NCBI GenBank assembly: GCA_964106645.2
Contig: OZ067044.1
DNA from: Podarcis pityusensis
Taxonomy: Eukaryota
DNA: 64,000 nucleotides
Reading direction: 5' to 3' (one strand)
In this document: positions 60,949 to 64,000 of the stretch, piece by piece
How the letters are laid out: each line of letters starts with the position of its first letter
Position numbering within the stretch: position 1 is the stretch's first letter
Position numbers and translations under genes: made by a program
The notes under the pieces: generated by a model
The model's database searches: none
Seen by the model: only the letters and a program-made list of their open reading frames with translations
Told to the model about the DNA's origin: nothing

Positions 60949-63369
60949 CTTGTCAATATTCACCATCTCAGGATGTAAATTGTTTCCTTCATTGCCTGTA
61001 AAAGGAACACTAGGTCTCTCACTGCTAACAATATTGTCTACCATCTGAACATTGGGTGTCAGGAAGGCAAACTCATTCTTCCTGGTCTCAGAAGACAGAC
61101 ACAGCTGGTAGGAATAGGGCAAAGTCCCATCTTCAAAGTTGGGTGGGAAGATGGCACCATTCTTGGAATGGGGAACAGGACCAAAGCACTGTAGGAACCT
61201 GGGATGCCCTGACTGACGGAGCTTCATTGTAACAGCCAGAATCACAGTCAAGAGGAACAAAAAGGAGATCACAGCTAAGGCCAGCACCAAGTAGAACTGC
61301 AGGTCAGACTGATACTCTGAGCTGCTGGGTTGGCTCTTCATTTCCGGAAGGGCCTCCTGAAAGTTCTCAGCAAACACCAGGTTCAGAGTCATGGTGGCCG
61401 AGAGAGACGGCTGCCCGTTATCCTTCACCATAATGACCAGTCTCTGTTTCACAGCGTCTCTCTCCACAAAGGCCCTGGAGGTCCTGATCTCTCCAGTATG
61501 AGAACCAACCGTGAAGAGTGCCGGCTCAGTGGCCTGAGTCAGGTGGTAGGAGAGCCAGGCGTTGTGTCCAGAATCTGCATCCACGGCCACCACCTTGGTG
61601 ACAAGATAATCTGCCTCGGCCGAACGAGGCACCATCTCAAACAAGGCTGAGCCCTTGGCTTCTTGTGAGGGGGACAGGATACGAGGGCTGTTATCATTCC
61701 TGTCAAGAACAAACACCCTGACGGTCACATTGCTGCTGAGAGGGGGAGAACCCCCATCTTGGGCCTTCACTTGCAGCCGGAACTCTCTGAATTGTTCATA
61801 GTCAAAGGATCTCTGGGCATAGATGGTACCGGTATCAGAATTAATGGAGATATAGGAGGAGATGGGAAGTTCCTCAATGTTGCTGTTGAGGATGGAGTAT
61901 GTGATCCGTGAGTTCTGGTCCACATCGGGATCACAGGCTTTGATGGTGAAAATGGAGGCACCTGAAGGATTGTTTTCTGGCACATAGATAGCATACAAAG
62001 ATTTCTCAAAGGAAGGGGCATTATCATTGATATCAGATATCTGTAGTAAGATGACTTTATGGGTGTTCAGTGGGGGAGTTCCATTGTCAGTGGCTGTGAT
62101 TGTAATATTATATGCAGGAGTTTTTTCTCTGTCCAAAGGGCTGTCTGTCAGGAGTTTGAAGTAATTGTTAGACGAGGGAACAATCTTGAAGGGCTGATCG
62201 TTTTTCAAATAACAACTAACCTTTCCATTCTCACCAGTGTCTTTGTCTTTTACATTGATCAGAGCAATTAAGGTTCCGGACACAGAATCTTCTGGGACTG
62301 GACTAAATAAGGAAACCAGAGTTACCTCTGGGAAATTGTCATTCTCATCAATAATCTGTATTTCTACTTTACAGTGTGTTACTAATCCACCTCCATCTTT
62401 TGCCGCAACTGTCATAGTATATTCTCTGGTTTCCTCAAAGTCTAATGGGCTCAAAAGAGTGATTGTGCCATTACTAGAATGCAAGTTGAATTTCCCCTGA
62501 GCACTTTTTTGGATGTTGCTGAAATGGTAACTGATTTTGGCATTTGTACCTTCATCTTTATCAGAGGCTAAAATCTGGAGCACAAGGGAGCCAACAGGAG
62601 CATTTTCCTTCAGACTGACCTTGTAAACCTCTTGGGTGAAGATAGGTGGGTTGTCATTGGCATCTGTGACATTAATCCATATCTGGGCAGTTCCAGTCTT
62701 CCTAGGTTCACCCCCATCCAAGGCTGTGAGGATCAAGTGAATGGTCTGTTCACTTTCCCGATCTAGTGGTTTCTGAAGCACCAAGTCTGCAAATTTATTT
62801 CCATCCTGACTCTCTTTAACATCAAGGCTGAAATATGGATTGGAGCTGAGATGGTAATTCTGAAGAGAATTTGTCCCAATGTCCGGATCTTCAGCTTCTC
62901 CGAGGAGAAATCGTGTGCCTGGTACAGTAAGTTCACTTGTCTCCAAGTTGATTTTTCCATTGAAAAACTGTGGTGCATTATCATTAATGTCCTGGATTGC
63001 TATTGTTATGTGGAAAATATTCAAGGGGCTTTCAATTACCATCTCAAAATTAATAAAGCAAAGCGGATTTTTGCCACATATTCCCTCCCGGTCTATCCTG
63101 TCATTTACATAGAGGTTTCCATTCTCTGCATTCATAGTGAAATATTTCATTTCATCCACTGAGACAGCATGCATGTTGCGTTTCCCTAGTTCTTTGGCAT
63201 TTAGTCCCAAATCCTTGGCAATATTCCCCACAACTGAACCCTTAGCCATTTCCTCAGGAACTGAATAATGTATCTGCTCTGAAGCAGCCCAGCAGGAGGG
63301 CAAGAATATTAAGAGAAGCTGTACTTGCCTTGTGAGTGCCCTGCCATTCTTCTTGTGTCTTCTCTCCAT
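60949..63369 (-). CDS. PCDHGB: Protocadherin gamma-B-like variable exon 11
   Basis: ORF 60772..63369; donor AAG|GTAAAA at 60949/60948 gives 807 codons, the same length as B-type paralogs. Confidence 0.9.
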
Positions 63370-63617
63370 TTGGCTCTGTGAAAAATCAGCTGTTTCCTTT
63401 TTTTAAGAACCAGATCAAATTTTCACCAGTATGCACTAAGTCTCCATAAAAAAAGAATAAACCGTCTTTCTCTTTAATTTGTAAAAATCATTTTTGTATT
63501 TTCTTTATGTGAGCAGCAATGCCTTCTCTCTGTTCCCTGATCTGCACAGCACTAAAGAAGTAAGCTCACTGTAGAAAGGATCAGTGGATTTCCATCACTG
63601 TATGGCTACTAGATTGG

Positions 63618-63655
63618 CCAACAGCGGCACTGTGAGGTTCAGCAGGAGAACTGCA
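63618..63655 (-). promoter_or_regulatory. CSE / CTCF site, exon 11 promoter (intact CGCT)
   Basis: TGCAGTTC..CCTCACAGTGCCGCTGTTGG. Confidence 0.85.
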
Positions 63656-64000
63656 AGGGATGTTTTCAACCTTTCAATTTAAGAGAAAATGCAACGTGGA
63701 TATAATTCAAGTTTTATACAGTAGGAAAAACATGCAACTTGAAGTTTACACAGGAGCTATTTCTACTGAATTTTGACTTGAGCTGAATATTTGGGAATCT
63801 TTGTTTTGGAATCAATAACACTTCAAACTTTTCTATTTGCCCGGGTAAATGGCTTGCAATGTAGCAAATGATTCTTTTCTTGGTATCTTGGAAATAATAT
63901 TATCAAAGTTACAATCCTGAGCGCCAGAATCTCAACAGTCTCAACATTGTCATCTCAGGTTATATATATATAATCTCCTGTTTCCACTTAAAACAAATCT

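Noticed and set aside
1-64000. Constant exons, alpha-type exonic CTCF sites, CRISPR or prokaryotic systems
   Set aside because: No gamma constant-exon peptide was seen; the exons are gamma-type and I found no convincing exonic CTCF site; the DNA is vertebrate.

Overview
Vertebrate genomic DNA, very likely a squamate (probably lacertid lizard; inferred from Sauria SINE, Squam3-like SINE, BovB and CR1 fragments). The window is part of the variable region of the clustered protocadherin-gamma locus. It holds 11 intact ~2.4-kb variable exons, all on the minus strand. Each encodes signal peptide, EC1-EC6, TM and variable cytoplasmic domain, ends at a phase-0 GT donor, and has its own upstream CSE/CTCF promoter element. 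Ten exons are gamma-B-like and one (47865-50279) is gamma-A-like. No constant exons are present; they should lie left of the window. Exons are numbered 1-11 from left to right. Bases 1 to ~44,000 form a young tandem array of a ~12.1-12.2-kb two-gene unit (A-type + B-type exon, >=3.6 copies) whose right edge falls inside exon 8. Most notable: (i) all 8 array promoters have lost the CpG of the CGCT box, while the 3 promoters outside keep it; (ii) a poly(A) hexamer sits directly at the read-through stop of all 8 array exons; (iii) EC2-EC3 coding DNA is more diverged than neighbouring non-coding DNA; (iv) the latest unequal crossover maps to ~35 bp, and a promoter-sized conversion patch is visible; (v) two exons encode identical ectodomains; (vi) there is an unidentified, highly structured GC-rich insert at ~52.65-52.88 kb. 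The locus type is well known; any novelty lies in these details, and all comparisons were made by eye.
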